A DNA stretch of 43,547 bases from Thermoanaerobaculia bacterium (GCA_023700825.1 JAMPYE010000001.1:1-43547); one strand, 5' to 3'. Counted from the stretch's first letter, positions 31,795 through 41,282 are shown. Translations and numbers: made by a program. The notes: generated from the letters alone by a model not told the origin.

Positions 31795-32718
31795 TCAGGC
31801 CTCGAGCTCGAAGTCTTCGAAGTGAGTGAGCGCGCGGAACTCCCGGTACCGCGACTCGATGTCGTCGCGACTGATCGCGCGAAGGCGGTCGAGCGAGAAC
31901 GCCTCGACGTTGTACGACGCGACGACGCTTCCGAACACGATCGCCCGCCGCATCTCCACCTCGGTCAGGTGCTTCCGCGACGCGAGGTACCCGAGGAAGC
32001 CGCCGGCGAAGGTGTCGCCCGCGCCGGTCGGATCGAACACGCTCTCGAGCGGGTACGCCGGGGCCGCGAAGATCCGGTCGTCGTGGAACATGAGCACGCC
32101 GTACTCTCCCCGCTTGACGACGAGCGTGTCGATCCCGATGTCGAGGATCGCCCTCGCCCCCTTGATCAGGTTGGCTTCGCCGCTGAACTGCCGCACTTCG
32201 GCCTCGTTGATCAGCATCAGGTCGATCGAGCGCATCACCTTCTCGAGCGACGCCTTCTTCGAGTCGATCCAGTAGTTCATCGTGTCGAGCGCGACGAGCT
32301 TCGGCCGCCCCGCCTGCTGCAGCACTTCGTACTGAAGGTCGGGGTCGATGTTCGCGAGGAACAGGACGTTCGGGTCGCGATGCACGGCGCCGAGCTTCGG
32401 CTTGAAGTCGGCGAACACATTGAGCTGCGTGTCTTTCGTCTGCGCGACGTTCAGGTCGTAGCCGTACTCGCCGCGCCAGAAGAAGGTCTTCGCGCCGGGG
32501 ACGCGTTCGATCCCCGAGGTGTCGATGGTGCGGCCGGCGAAGATCTTCATCTCCTCGGCGCCGAAATCGTCACCGACGACGCCGACGACGCTGACGGGGG
32601 TGAAGAACGACGCCGCGACGGAGAAGTACGTCGCCGCTCCGCCGATCGCCTTCTCGACGCTTCCGAACGGGGTCTGAATCGCGTCGAATGCGACGCTGCC
32701 TACGACGGTAATGGACAC
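31795..32718 (-). CDS. PfkB-family carbohydrate/nucleoside kinase
   Basis: 307 aa. DPTGAGDTFAGGFLGYL is PfkB signature 2, and the N-terminal region is GG-containing. The substrate is unknown. Confidence 0.8.
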   Translation of the reverse strand: MSITVVGSVAFDAIQTPFGSVEKAIGGAATYFSVAASFFTPVSVVGVVGDDFGAEEMKIFAGRTIDTSGIERVPGAKTFFWRGEYGYDLNVAQTKDTQLNVFADFKPKLGAVHRDPNVLFLANIDPDLQYEVLQQAGRPKLVALDTMNYWIDSKKASLEKVMRSIDLMLINEAEVRQFSGEANLIKGARAILDIGIDTLVVKRGEYGVLMFHDDRIFAAPAYPLESVFDPTGAGDTFAGGFLGYLASRKHLTEVEMRRAIVFGSVVASYNVEAFSLDRLRAISRDDIESRYREFRALTHFEDFELEA

Positions 32719-32758
32719 GCTGGGCCTCCCTGTGTGCGCCGCTCCCGCGGCGCGACGG

Positions 32759-33625
32759 CTAGTTCAGATACCTTCCGACGATCGGAGCGAGGTCGCGCTT
32801 CACCGCCGCCGGAACCCGCGCCGGATCGCTGAGAAGCGCAAACCGGAGCGCCGACTCGCAGGCGCACTGCCTCTCGCGCTTCGCCACCTTCGACACGGCG
32901 TCGCGGATGATCTTCGTCGCCGTCTTCGCGTTCTTGTGCAGATACTCGACGACCGTCTCGACGCTCACGGCCTCTTCGGTCTCGTGCCAGCAGTCGTAGT
33001 CGGTGACCAGGGCCATCGTCGCGTAGCAGATCTCCGCCTCGCGCGCGAGCTTCGCTTCCTGGAGATTCGTCATGCCGATGACGTCGACGCCCCAGGAGCG
33101 GTAGAGCAGCGACTCCGCGCGCGTCGAGAACTGCGGCCCTTCCATGCAGAGGTAGGTGCCGCCGCGGTGCGTCCGCGCGCCGACCGCTTCCGAGGAATCG
33201 GCCAGGATGTCCGAGAGTTCGTTGCAGATCGGATCGGCGAAGGAGACGTGCCCCACGAGACCGTTGCCGAAGAAGGTGTCGGGCCGGTGCCGCGTGCGGT
33301 CGATGAACTGCTTCGGAAAGACGATGTCGGTCGGGTGGCAGTCTTCCTTCATCGACCCGACGGCCGACGCCGACAGGATCATCTCGACGCCGAGCGCCTT
33401 GAGCCCGTAGATGTTCGCGCGGAAGTTGATCTCGCTCGGCATGAAGCGATGCCCTTTGCCGTGGCGCGCGAGGAAGACGACGCGCACGCCGTCGACTTCA
33501 CCGACGACGTACGGGTCCGACGGCTCGCCGAACGGCGTCGCCACGACCTTCTCGTGGAGGAGCTTCAGCCCCTCCATTTCGTACAGCCCCGATCCGCCGA
33601 TGATCCCGATCCGCGCTTCGCTCAA
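32759..33625 (-). CDS. mtnP: S-methyl-5'-thioadenosine phosphorylase
   Basis: 288 aa. IGIIGGSGLY, FLARHGKGH, PSEINFRANI, CMEGPQFSTRAES and GMTNLQEAKLAREAEICYA match the MTAP family. Confidence 0.9.
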   Translation of the reverse strand: MSEARIGIIGGSGLYEMEGLKLLHEKVVATPFGEPSDPYVVGEVDGVRVVFLARHGKGHRFMPSEINFRANIYGLKALGVEMILSASAVGSMKEDCHPTDIVFPKQFIDRTRHRPDTFFGNGLVGHVSFADPICNELSDILADSSEAVGARTHRGGTYLCMEGPQFSTRAESLLYRSWGVDVIGMTNLQEAKLAREAEICYATMALVTDYDCWHETEEAVSVETVVEYLHKNAKTATKIIRDAVSKVAKRERQCACESALRFALLSDPARVPAAVKRDLAPIVGRYLN

Positions 33626-33664
33626 GCGTGCCTCCCTCGATTGCTACGGTTTCCGGCCCTGCGC

Positions 33665-34627
33665 TCAGTGTGCGAATTTCGCGAGCGACGCGTCGATCTT
33701 CTCGCGCACGCGAAGCGCGAGCTCGATCGCCGCGAGACCTTCGCGCGCGCCGACGAGCGGCGCCTCGCGCGTCCGAACCACCTTCGCGAACGCCTCGAGC
33801 TCCGCCCGCAGCGGCTCTTTCTTCTCGACGACGATCGCCAACGGCTCGATCGCCGACTGCTCTTCGCGGTGGATGAGTCGCGCGCCCTTCGCGTCCTGCT
33901 CCTTCGTGTCGACCGAGACGTAGCAGTCGGGGCCGAAGACGCGGAACTTGCGGACGCGGTCGGTGGAGACTCGGCTCGCCGTCAGGTTCGCGACGCAGCC
34001 GCTCTCGAACTCGATGCGGACGTTCGCCATGTCCACCTGACGCGTGAGCACCGGCACGCCGACTGCCTGCACGTCGCGCACCGGAGAATCGACGAACGAG
34101 AGCACGAGATTGAGGTCGTGGATCATCAGGTCGAGCAGCACGTCGATGTCGAGCGAGCGGCCCGAGAAGACTCCGATGCGCTCCGCCTCGATGTAGCGCG
34201 GCGAGCCGAGAAACGGCGCGGCGGCGACGATCGCCGGGTTGTAGCGCTCCACGTGGCCCACCTGGATGATCCGCCCCTGCGACTTCGCGAGCTCGATCAG
34301 CATCCGCGCGTCGTCGACGGTCGACGTGATCGGCTTCTCGATCATCACGTCGCAACCCGCCTCGAGAAGGCTCTTCGCAACCTCATAGTGCTTGTCGGTC
34401 GTCGTCGCGACGACCGCGCACTCGACGTGCTCCTCGAGCTCGTCGACGGTCGCGAACCGGCGAAGCTTCAGGTTGGACTCGACCTCGGCTGCAACCGCGT
34501 CGCGAGGCTCGACGAATCCGACCACCTCGACCCCCGGCATCTCCGTGAGCACGCGCGCGTGCAACCTGCCGAGGTAACCGGTTCCGACGACGCCGATGCG
34601 CACCTTGTCCATCGCCCCTCCCGCCAT
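33665..34627 (-). CDS. Gfo/Idh/MocA-family NAD(P)-dependent oxidoreductase (possible UDP-GlcNAc 3-dehydrogenase GnnA-like)
   Basis: 320 aa with the Rossmann motif VRIGVVGTGYLGRLHA. Its ATG overlaps the lpxA TGA by 1 nt. The GnnA idea is based on context only. Confidence 0.7.
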   Translation of the reverse strand: MAGGAMDKVRIGVVGTGYLGRLHARVLTEMPGVEVVGFVEPRDAVAAEVESNLKLRRFATVDELEEHVECAVVATTTDKHYEVAKSLLEAGCDVMIEKPITSTVDDARMLIELAKSQGRIIQVGHVERYNPAIVAAAPFLGSPRYIEAERIGVFSGRSLDIDVLLDLMIHDLNLVLSFVDSPVRDVQAVGVPVLTRQVDMANVRIEFESGCVANLTASRVSTDRVRKFRVFGPDCYVSVDTKEQDAKGARLIHREEQSAIEPLAIVVEKKEPLRAELEAFAKVVRTREAPLVGAREGLAAIELALRVREKIDASLAKFAH

Positions 34628-35409
34628 CAGCGGACGACCCCGCGCTTCGACGCGCTCTTGATGAACTCCGAGAAGTAGCGCACCTCGGGAATGTCCCCGA
34701 GCTCGGCGTCGATCCGCTCGAGCGCTTCCTGCTGCAGCAGCTTCGAGCGCGTGAGCAGCTTGTAGGCCTTGCGCAGCGCCTCGATCGACTCGGCGGAGAA
34801 ACCCTTCCGCTGCAGGCCGATGTGGTTGATCCCGTACGTCTTCGCCGGCCGCGAGCCGACCGTCTTCACGAACGGCAGCGCGTCCTGCGTGACGATCGTG
34901 TCGCCGCCGAGGAACGCGTGATTGCCGACCCGGCAGAACTGGTGGACCGCGGTGAACGCGCCGATCGTCGCGAAGTCGCCCACCTCGACGTGACCCGCGA
35001 GCGTTCCGCAGTTCGCGAAGATCACGCTCGAGCCGACGTGGCAGTCGTGCGCGACGTGCGAGTACGCCATGAAGAGGTTGTTCGAGCCGATCGTCGTGAC
35101 GCCTCCGCCGCCAATCGTGCCGCGGTTGACCGTGACGAACTCGCGGAAGAGGTTGTCGTCGCCGATCTCGAGCCGCGTCTTCTCCCCGCCGAACTTGAGG
35201 TCCTGCGGATCGGTACCGAACGACGCGTTGCCAGTTAGGCGGTTCCGCTTGCCGAGCTTGGTCGGGCCCATGATCCGGACGTGCGGGCCGATCTCGGTGC
35301 CGTCGCCGATTTCGACGCCGGCCTCGATGACGGCGTACGGCCCGATCTCGACATCGCTTCCAATGATTGCGGTGGGATCGACGATCGCGGTTGGATGAAT
35401 TTTCGACAT
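34627..35409 (-). CDS. lpxA: Acyl-ACP--UDP-N-acetylglucosamine O-acyltransferase
   Basis: ORF trimmed to the ATG at 35407-35409. MSKIHPTAIVDP, hexapeptide repeats, SHVAHDCHVG and GINHIGLQRKGFS are typical of LpxA. Confidence 0.9.
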   Translation of the reverse strand: MSKIHPTAIVDPTAIIGSDVEIGPYAVIEAGVEIGDGTEIGPHVRIMGPTKLGKRNRLTGNASFGTDPQDLKFGGEKTRLEIGDDNLFREFVTVNRGTIGGGGVTTIGSNNLFMAYSHVAHDCHVGSSVIFANCGTLAGHVEVGDFATIGAFTAVHQFCRVGNHAFLGGDTIVTQDALPFVKTVGSRPAKTYGINHIGLQRKGFSAESIEALRKAYKLLTRSKLLQQEALERIDAELGDIPEVRYFSEFIKSASKRGVVR

Positions 35410-35414
35410 GCGCT

Positions 35415-35852
35415 CTACTCCGGCCTCGCGGCCATCACACTCAGGATCTCCGCCTCGGCGACGACCTTGCCGTCGACCGTGGCGACCCCGCGAACGCGCG
35501 CCGAGTTCGACCGGCGCTGGATGCACTCGGCGTCGATGATCAGCTGATCGCCAGGCACGACCGGCCTCCGGAAACGCGCCTTGTCGACACCTCCGAACAG
35601 GAAGAGCTTCGAGTCGCGGTCCTCGAGATCCAGGAGAAACATCAGCGCGCCGCACTGCGCCATGCTCTCGAGAATCAGCACCCCGGGCATGATCGGCGCA
35701 CCGGGAAAGTGCCCCGTGAAGTGCGGCTCGTTCGCCGTCACGTTCTTGATCGCCTTCACGCGCTTCCCCGGCTCGAGCTCCAGCACCCGGTCGACCAGCA
35801 GCAGCGGGTAGCGGTGAGGCAGCAGTTTCATGATCTCCTGGATCGTCAGCAT
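35415..35852 (-). CDS. fabZ: 3-hydroxyacyl-ACP dehydratase
   Basis: 145 aa; LPHRYPLLLVDRV and FTGHFPGAPIMPGVLILESMAQ are FabZ signatures. Confidence 0.95.
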   Translation of the reverse strand: MLTIQEIMKLLPHRYPLLLVDRVLELEPGKRVKAIKNVTANEPHFTGHFPGAPIMPGVLILESMAQCGALMFLLDLEDRDSKLFLFGGVDKARFRRPVVPGDQLIIDAECIQRRSNSARVRGVATVDGKVVAEAEILSVMAARPE

Positions 35853-35859
35853 GCGAGTG

Positions 35860-36906
35860 TCATTCCCCTTTGTCCGCGAGTTTGCGCTCGAGCTCGGCGA
35901 CGCGGCGCTCGAGCTCCTTCACCCGGGCGAGCTGCTTCGGCATCCGCGCAATCGTCGCGTCGCTGCGCAGCTTCTCCCCGAGCGGGCGAGCCGGTGAACC
36001 CGAAAGCTGGATCGGCCCTTCCCAGTCCTTCGTCACGGCCGCCTGCGCCGTCACGACGACCTGGTTGCCGAGCTTGATGTGCCCGACGAGCCCCGCCTGC
36101 CCCGCCAGGACGCAGTAGTCACCCAGCTCCGAGGAGCCGGCGATGCCCGACAGCGAGACGAGAAGGCAGTGCTTGCCGACGCGGACGTTGTGCCCGATCT
36201 GCACGAGGTTGTCGATCTTCGTCCCGTCGCCGATAACCGTCTCGCCGAGCGCGGCGCGGTCGATCGTCGTCGAGGCACCGATCTCCACGTCGTCGCCGAC
36301 GCGCACGATGCCGATCTGCGGGATCTTCATGTGCCGGCCGCGCGTGGTCGCGAAGCCGTAGCCGTCCGAGCCGATCACCGCGCCGGCATGGACGATGTTC
36401 CGCTCGCCGAGGATGCAGCCGTGGTAGATCGTCACGTTCGGATAGAGCAGCGAGCCACGGCCGACGCGAGCGTTCGCGCCGATCGAGCAGCCGTCGAAAA
36501 TCACGCAGTCGTCGCCGACCTCGGCGTTCTCGCCAACAGTGACGAACGGGCCGATCGCGACGCCGCTGCCGAGGCGCGCGGTCGGCGCGACTGAGGCCAG
36601 CGGCGATACGCCGATCGCGGGTCCCGGTACGGCGGCGAACCACTTCGTGAGGATCGTCGCGAGGGCGACGTACGGGTCGTCGACACGGACGAGCCGGGGG
36701 GACTCTCCCGTGTGCTTCCGTGAGACGAGGATCGCCCCGGCGGCCGAGGAGGCGACCTGCGCATCGTACTTCGGGTTCCCGAGGAACGAAATATCCGACG
36801 GGCGGGCGTCCGCCAGGGTCTTCACCCCGGTGATTTCGAGCCCGGAGTCGCCCGAAAATGCCCCTCCGACGAGCTCGACGATGTCACATAGACGAACGGC
36901 CACCAT
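35860..36906 (-). CDS. lpxD: UDP-3-O-acylglucosamine N-acyltransferase
   Basis: ORF trimmed to the ATG at 36904-36906. ISFLGNPKY, a long hexapeptide-repeat domain and a C-terminal coiled coil fit LpxD, as does the lpxD-fabZ-lpxA order. Confidence 0.9.
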   Translation of the reverse strand: MVAVRLCDIVELVGGAFSGDSGLEITGVKTLADARPSDISFLGNPKYDAQVASSAAGAILVSRKHTGESPRLVRVDDPYVALATILTKWFAAVPGPAIGVSPLASVAPTARLGSGVAIGPFVTVGENAEVGDDCVIFDGCSIGANARVGRGSLLYPNVTIYHGCILGERNIVHAGAVIGSDGYGFATTRGRHMKIPQIGIVRVGDDVEIGASTTIDRAALGETVIGDGTKIDNLVQIGHNVRVGKHCLLVSLSGIAGSSELGDYCVLAGQAGLVGHIKLGNQVVVTAQAAVTKDWEGPIQLSGSPARPLGEKLRSDATIARMPKQLARVKELERRVAELERKLADKGE

Positions 36907-37168
36907 CGGCCGCGCATTGTAGCAGCAGAGGCTCTGGCAGGACGCAAAGCTGCCCGAAAAGCCGATACTTCGGATCGGTGAGTGGAAGCTGGCCCGCCGC
37001 CAGCCTGGCCGAAAGCCCGGCTCAGTTCTGTCGAGAGCTTCGCTCCAGTTCCTGGAGACGATGCTCGAGCTGCTGCACCCGAGACTTGAGCTGGTCGAGC
37101 TCGCGATCAAAATCCGCCCGATTCAACGAGCGGGTCTCGAGTTTCGCGACCGCGGCGACGAGCGCCTT

Positions 37169-37357
37169 CTACTCATCCTCGAGCCGGTCGAATCGAACGT
37201 ATACCGAGTCGAAATGAGTCAAGGCCTCGCGGCGGGCTCCCGTTACCTCGTCCTGCAGGCTGGACACCTGCGTGCGAAGTCCGTCGATTCCGGTCTCGAT
37301 CTGCGACGCGATGTCGCGGCGAACCTGGTCGAGCAGCTTGAGAATCTCTTCAGACAT
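37169..37357 (-). CDS. Small coiled-coil protein (62 aa to an in-frame TAG; the frame stays open 48 more codons to 37022)
   Basis: MSEEILKLLDQVRRDIASQIETGIDGLRTQVSSLQDEV... has heptad-like periodicity. After the TAG at 37169-37171 the same frame reads KALVAAVAKLETRSLNRADFDRELDQLKSRVQQLEHRLQELERSSRQN, then TGA. Confidence 0.5.
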   Translation of the reverse strand: MSEEILKLLDQVRRDIASQIETGIDGLRTQVSSLQDEVTGARREALTHFDSVYVRFDRLEDE

Positions 37358-37383
37358 CGTATGAATCGTAGAATGGACCCGGA

Positions 37384-38409
37384 CTAGAACCAGTCGGTCA
37401 CGAGAAACCCGGCCCCGATCGTCGTCTGCTTGTGGTCGTAGTCGATCATCGACTCGCCGTAGCCGTCGAAGATCTGCACGTAGCCTCTCAGTTTCGCAGC
37501 AACGGGGAACGCCCAGTCGAGCTCCACGGCTCCTTTGCCGGTGTCGAAGTTGTGCCTCACCAGCGCGCTCCAGCGGTTCCTTCCGTGCTGATACGACGCA
37601 AGGACATCGCCGTTGCCCATGTAGTCTTCGATGTCCGGATTGTTGTCGTCCTCGGCGTCTTCCTCGAGCCGGTGCCACACGCGCCCGAGCAGCGCGAAGT
37701 TGCCGCGCTCGAGCCCCGTCTGCACGTAGACCCGGTTCCAGCTGCGCGAGAGCGGATCCGAGCGCCCGTTCGACTGATGCACCACGCCGAAGCTCACGAA
37801 TCGCCCCTCGATCCCGAACAGCTCCCAGGGTGTGCGAAACACGAGCATCGCCTCCGGCTCGTAATTCGTCTCGCGGAACGGGCTCGAGATGTCTTTGTTG
37901 TAGACCTGCCAGTGGCTCTGCTGGGTGTAGCCGACCCACACGTCACCGTGGTCGCCGAACAGGCCGTCCACCGCCTTGAGCTTGAGGCTCAGCTGGAACT
38001 TCGCCTCGATCTCGTCGATGCTCTCGGACGGGTCGTCGGGGTCGAGTTGCAGGTACGGAGCGCTGTTCGGGGCGTCGCTGTATCGCGCCGGCAGGACGTA
38101 GGTCGGGTGGTGAGGCTTCACCGTGAAGAGCGTCCGCCGGGAGGTCTGGACCAGCTCCCAGCGCTCCTGCATCGGCGACGGGGCCTCGACAGGCGCGCTC
38201 GTCGCCTCGGCCAGCGCGGGCAGCACGCCCGGCTCGGTGGCCTTCTGCGAGAGCTCGTCGTAGCAGCGAAGGCGCTCCGCGTCGTTTTCGATCGCCGCAC
38301 ACCTGGGCAGGTTCGGGGCATCCGCGCCGGACGCTGCCGGCGCGGCGAGAAGGAGCAGACCCGTTGCGAGCATCGCAAGCAGACGGGTCGGCGCAGAAAT
38401 CGTCATCAT
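37384..38409 (-). CDS. pldA: Outer-membrane phospholipase A (OMPLA)
   Basis: The start is set at the MM pair (38404-38409). After a signal peptide come YTQQSHWQVYN, GVVHQSNG (catalytic His-x-Ser) and a C-terminal aromatic residue (DWF). Confidence 0.85.
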   Translation of the reverse strand: MMTISAPTRLLAMLATGLLLLAAPAASGADAPNLPRCAAIENDAERLRCYDELSQKATEPGVLPALAEATSAPVEAPSPMQERWELVQTSRRTLFTVKPHHPTYVLPARYSDAPNSAPYLQLDPDDPSESIDEIEAKFQLSLKLKAVDGLFGDHGDVWVGYTQQSHWQVYNKDISSPFRETNYEPEAMLVFRTPWELFGIEGRFVSFGVVHQSNGRSDPLSRSWNRVYVQTGLERGNFALLGRVWHRLEEDAEDDNNPDIEDYMGNGDVLASYQHGRNRWSALVRHNFDTGKGAVELDWAFPVAAKLRGYVQIFDGYGESMIDYDHKQTTIGAGFLVTDWF

Positions 38410-38467
38410 ATTCACCGGCGCATTAGACCCGTCGCCGCGCGGTGGCGCATCCGTAGGAAACACCCGG

Positions 38468-38929
38468 TCAGGCGGATTCGGGATCCCCTGCGCCTGTCGC
38501 TGCCCCCCGAAAGCCGAAGAGAAGCAGGACTGATGCCACGATCATGGCCAGCGCGACGCTGACGAAGCCGACCGCAACAATGCCTTCCTGCCAGGCAACC
38601 CCCTCGTGCGCCCCGGACGCCAGCGGTGTCATCGCCGCCGTGCCGAACACGGCCGCGGCGGTCGTCGTCAGCCAGTTGGCGTAGGTTCCGTACAGAGCCG
38701 TACCGAACGCCACCGAGGCGGCGCGCTCGGACAGCCGCACGTGTTTCCATGCAGCGCCTACCGCGAGGAGAAACGTCCCGTTCATGATGCCCTCGAGATG
38801 CGCCGAGAGCCCCATGCGGGGATTCGTGAAGCTCTGAGAGACGAGACCCGTCAACAGGCCGAGAACGAACAGGAGCATGCCGTGCCAGAGCAGCCGGCGA
38901 CCTCGAGAATTCATCGATTCCTCCTCCAC
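38468..38929 (-). CDS. Hypothetical 4-TM membrane protein
   Basis: 153 aa with four hydrophobic helices. From memory, the N-terminal RRLLWHGMLLFVLGLLTG...NPRMGLSAHLEG resembles small proteins annotated as hydroxylaminobenzene mutase or 'hydrogenase'. This is unverified. Confidence 0.5.
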   Translation of the reverse strand: MEEESMNSRGRRLLWHGMLLFVLGLLTGLVSQSFTNPRMGLSAHLEGIMNGTFLLAVGAAWKHVRLSERAASVAFGTALYGTYANWLTTTAAAVFGTAAMTPLASGAHEGVAWQEGIVAVGFVSVALAMIVASVLLLFGFRGAATGAGDPESA

Positions 38930-39199
38930 GATCCAGAGTGCGCCCGGCAGCGACGACCACCGCCGGAGGGACTGGCGCGGCCGCTGCTGGCCCTTGACGC
39001 ATGTCAGCTCACGCGTGAGCCCGGTGGTCGTACTGTCTGCTCAGGTGCGATCCGGATTCTTCTCAATCTTGATCACGATCTTCCCGCAATCCGGAGTTAA
39101 CGGGAGATCGAGCGAATCGTTGACGGCCGCTCGAGCGCGCCGGGCGACGCGCTCCTTGCGACCCTGCTGACGGGAGCGACTACGCGATGACTTCCCACC

Positions 39200-39550
39200 C
39201 TACTTCCGGAGAATCTTCTCCATCGCCTTTCCCTTGGCGAGCTCATCGATGAGCTTGTCCATGTAGCGTACTTTCTGCATCAGCGGATCTTCGATCTCTT
39301 CCACGCGAATGCCGCAGACCACCCCTTTGATCAGCGAGCTGTTCGGATGAAGTGCAGGTGCCTGGGCAAAGAACGTTTCCAGATCGCTTCCCTGCTCGAT
39401 CTGCCGCTCCAGTCCGGCACGGCTATAGCCGGTCAGCCAGCAGATGACCTGGTCGACTTCCTCTTTCGTACGGTTCTTACGCTCCGCCTTCTGGACGTAG
39501 AGCGGATAGACACTTGCGAACTTCAGGGCGAAGACTCGATTCTGAGGCAT
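39200..39550 (-). CDS. DUF2200 domain protein
   Basis: ORF trimmed to the ATG at 39548-39550. [32 protein letters not shown] and the end [16 protein letters not shown] match my recollection of DUF2200. Confidence 0.7.
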   Translation of the reverse strand: MPQNRVFALKFASVYPLYVQKAERKNRTKEEVDQVICWLTGYSRAGLERQIEQGSDLETFFAQAPALHPNSSLIKGVVCGIRVEEIEDPLMQKVRYMDKLIDELAKGKAMEKILRK

Positions 39551-39721
39551 TGCGATTCCTCCCGTGGACGGCCCATCGCAGGCAGCCCGTTCTCGGCGCG
39601 ATAACGTTCGTGGCTCAGCCGCGCCGGCGCGCACTCACGAAACGAACCAGCATCAAAGCGTGGTTTCGCGCGTTGGCATCGGCTGCCACCGCCATGCTTC
39701 ACCGCGGTGGCCACCTCCCGG

Positions 39722-39991
39722 TCACCTGCTGGGATCGACGACTTGAAGCCGCATCATGAAAATCAGCGAGAGCCAGACGGCTGCCGTAACCAACTGGGTC
39801 CAGACCGAACCCCCGTTCGCGACATCCCAAATCGCCAGGGCTATCGAAGCAACGAGCGCGGTCCCTGCGATCGCCCATCTCGTGGCCCTGCTCACTCGGG
39901 TCATCTCACCGAGACGGTAGAGAGCAAAAAGCACTCCCACGAGCGCGATGGGAACCAGAAGGGCGATCAGGCCAAGGTACGTCAACGTCAT
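39722..39991 (-). CDS. Hypothetical small membrane protein
   Basis: 89 aa with three hydrophobic segments. I recognise no family. Confidence 0.45.
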   Translation of the reverse strand: MTLTYLGLIALLVPIALVGVLFALYRLGEMTRVSRATRWAIAGTALVASIALAIWDVANGGSVWTQLVTAAVWLSLIFMMRLQVVDPSR

Positions 39992-40118
39992 TGGGGTCCT
40001 CCGCGGTCCAACGGATGGCGCTCGGCATCGACGACGCGACCGTGCTGCACGAACGGCCTGCAGGAACTTTGCGCGGCGCGTCGAAGTCCGCTCGAGCGCG
40101 GGTTGTACCTTGCTGCAC

Positions 40119-40928
40119 CTACTCTGGTGTTCTCGTCTCCAGATAGCGCCCTTGAATTGCGGACTCCTCGGCGCTAAGTTCCTGTCGATTCATGGCGCGA
40201 TACTCGAAGAACCTTTCCAGCGCCTCTCTTGCGTATGTTGAGAAGATACTCCGCGGGAACCGATCCAGGAAAGACGCCATGGAGCGCACGGCAGCCGATT
40301 CCGTCTCGCGCATGCCGTTTCCCCGTTCTTCCCCCTGGACGAGAGCGCACGTCAATGGCTGTTTCCAGGCGATCAGAGCGGGACGCTCGACGGCTGGCGG
40401 AGCAACCACCTCGATCCGCAGTACGTTCGACGCGAGGTCACATTCGGGAGCCCTCCGACCGGGATGGCACCGCATTCGGAGCTGGATGAAATAGGTGCCG
40501 GGCGATCGCAGAAGCAAGTCGGCAGCGCCGGCGTCGAAGACCAGCCAGTAACTCTCGATGACCTCTTCGCCGCGGCGAAACGACTCGTTCGACACCGCGA
40601 CGCACTGCGTCTTCCGGCGATGGCGAGCCTCGAAGAAGGTCACGAATCGGCGATAGCGATGCCATGCGCGTCGATAGTACAGCTCCGTCTCCAGGTCGAA
40701 GATGAAGGGATCGGGCTTGTAGTCGAGGGCACGAGAGGAGACGTTCACCAGACTTTGTGTAAGGCGGAGAGGCTCTCCAACCAGGTAGGTGCTCTTCTCC
40801 GCGGTAATCTGGAGCCGCACTGCTTCGAGAGGCGGAAACTTTGACTGGCAGGGGTAACGCGCGGCCCCGGCCGTCAGTGACGCGAGCGAGATCACGAACG
40901 ATACGATCACCTGGTGCCCATGCATCAC
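40119..40928 (-). CDS. Hypothetical secreted protein
   Basis: 269 aa. A strong SD (AGGAGGG) lies about 10 nt upstream of the ATG, and a signal peptide is present. I recognise no motif. G+C is visibly lower than in the core genes. Confidence 0.55.
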   Translation of the reverse strand: MMHGHQVIVSFVISLASLTAGAARYPCQSKFPPLEAVRLQITAEKSTYLVGEPLRLTQSLVNVSSRALDYKPDPFIFDLETELYYRRAWHRYRRFVTFFEARHRRKTQCVAVSNESFRRGEEVIESYWLVFDAGAADLLLRSPGTYFIQLRMRCHPGRRAPECDLASNVLRIEVVAPPAVERPALIAWKQPLTCALVQGEERGNGMRETESAAVRSMASFLDRFPRSIFSTYAREALERFFEYRAMNRQELSAEESAIQGRYLETRTPE

Positions 40929-41108
40929 TGACGTTTCCCTCCTGAAGGCTCAACGCAGTTCGGGTGCGCGCCGCCGAATGGTTGCCGCCCAGCCGCTACG
41001 ACGGGGTTGCGTTGCAGGAAGAGCTTGCGAGACTCCGAGTGCCGTGCCGGCGTCGGCAGCGACCTGTCAGACGGTCGCGGCGCACGCTCGAACCTCCCCT
41101 CTTGCGGC

Positions 41109-41276
41109 TCAGAACGCGGCATCGCCTCGCTCCGAGATGGGTTTCGCGGGCGTCGACAGAATGTGCGAGCGTAGCCTTCGGCAAAGTGTAACGACTTGCC
41201 GCGGGGAGATCTCGTCAGCCAGATTGTCCGATGCACCTTCGGGGTCTGCCGCGAGCGCATCGACGAGCGACAGCAT
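41109..41276 (-). CDS. Candidate mini-ORF (55 aa), hypothetical
   Basis: It is not in the supplied track, presumably because it is short. Hand translation gives MLSLVDALAADPEGASDNLADEISPRQVVTLCRRLRSHILSTPAKPISERGDAAF. GC3 is high, and it starts 6 nt after the stop of the preceding mini-ORF. Confidence 0.2.
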   Translation of the reverse strand: MLSLVDALAADPEGASDNLADEISPRQVVTLCRRLRSHILSTPAKPISERGDAAF

Positions 41277-41282
41277 GCGCCG

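Noticed and set aside
39041-39199. 52-codon open frame continuing after the DUF2200 TAG (GGKSSRSRSRQQGRKERVARRARAAVNDSLDLPLTPDCGKIVIKIEKNPDRT).
   Set aside because: DUF2200 ends at its usual C-terminus (…[12 protein letters not shown]). The first half of the extension is Arg/Ser low complexity, and a stop-free run of this length is not improbable by chance at this base composition. It is kept only as a note. The last ~25 residues could be a remnant of another gene.
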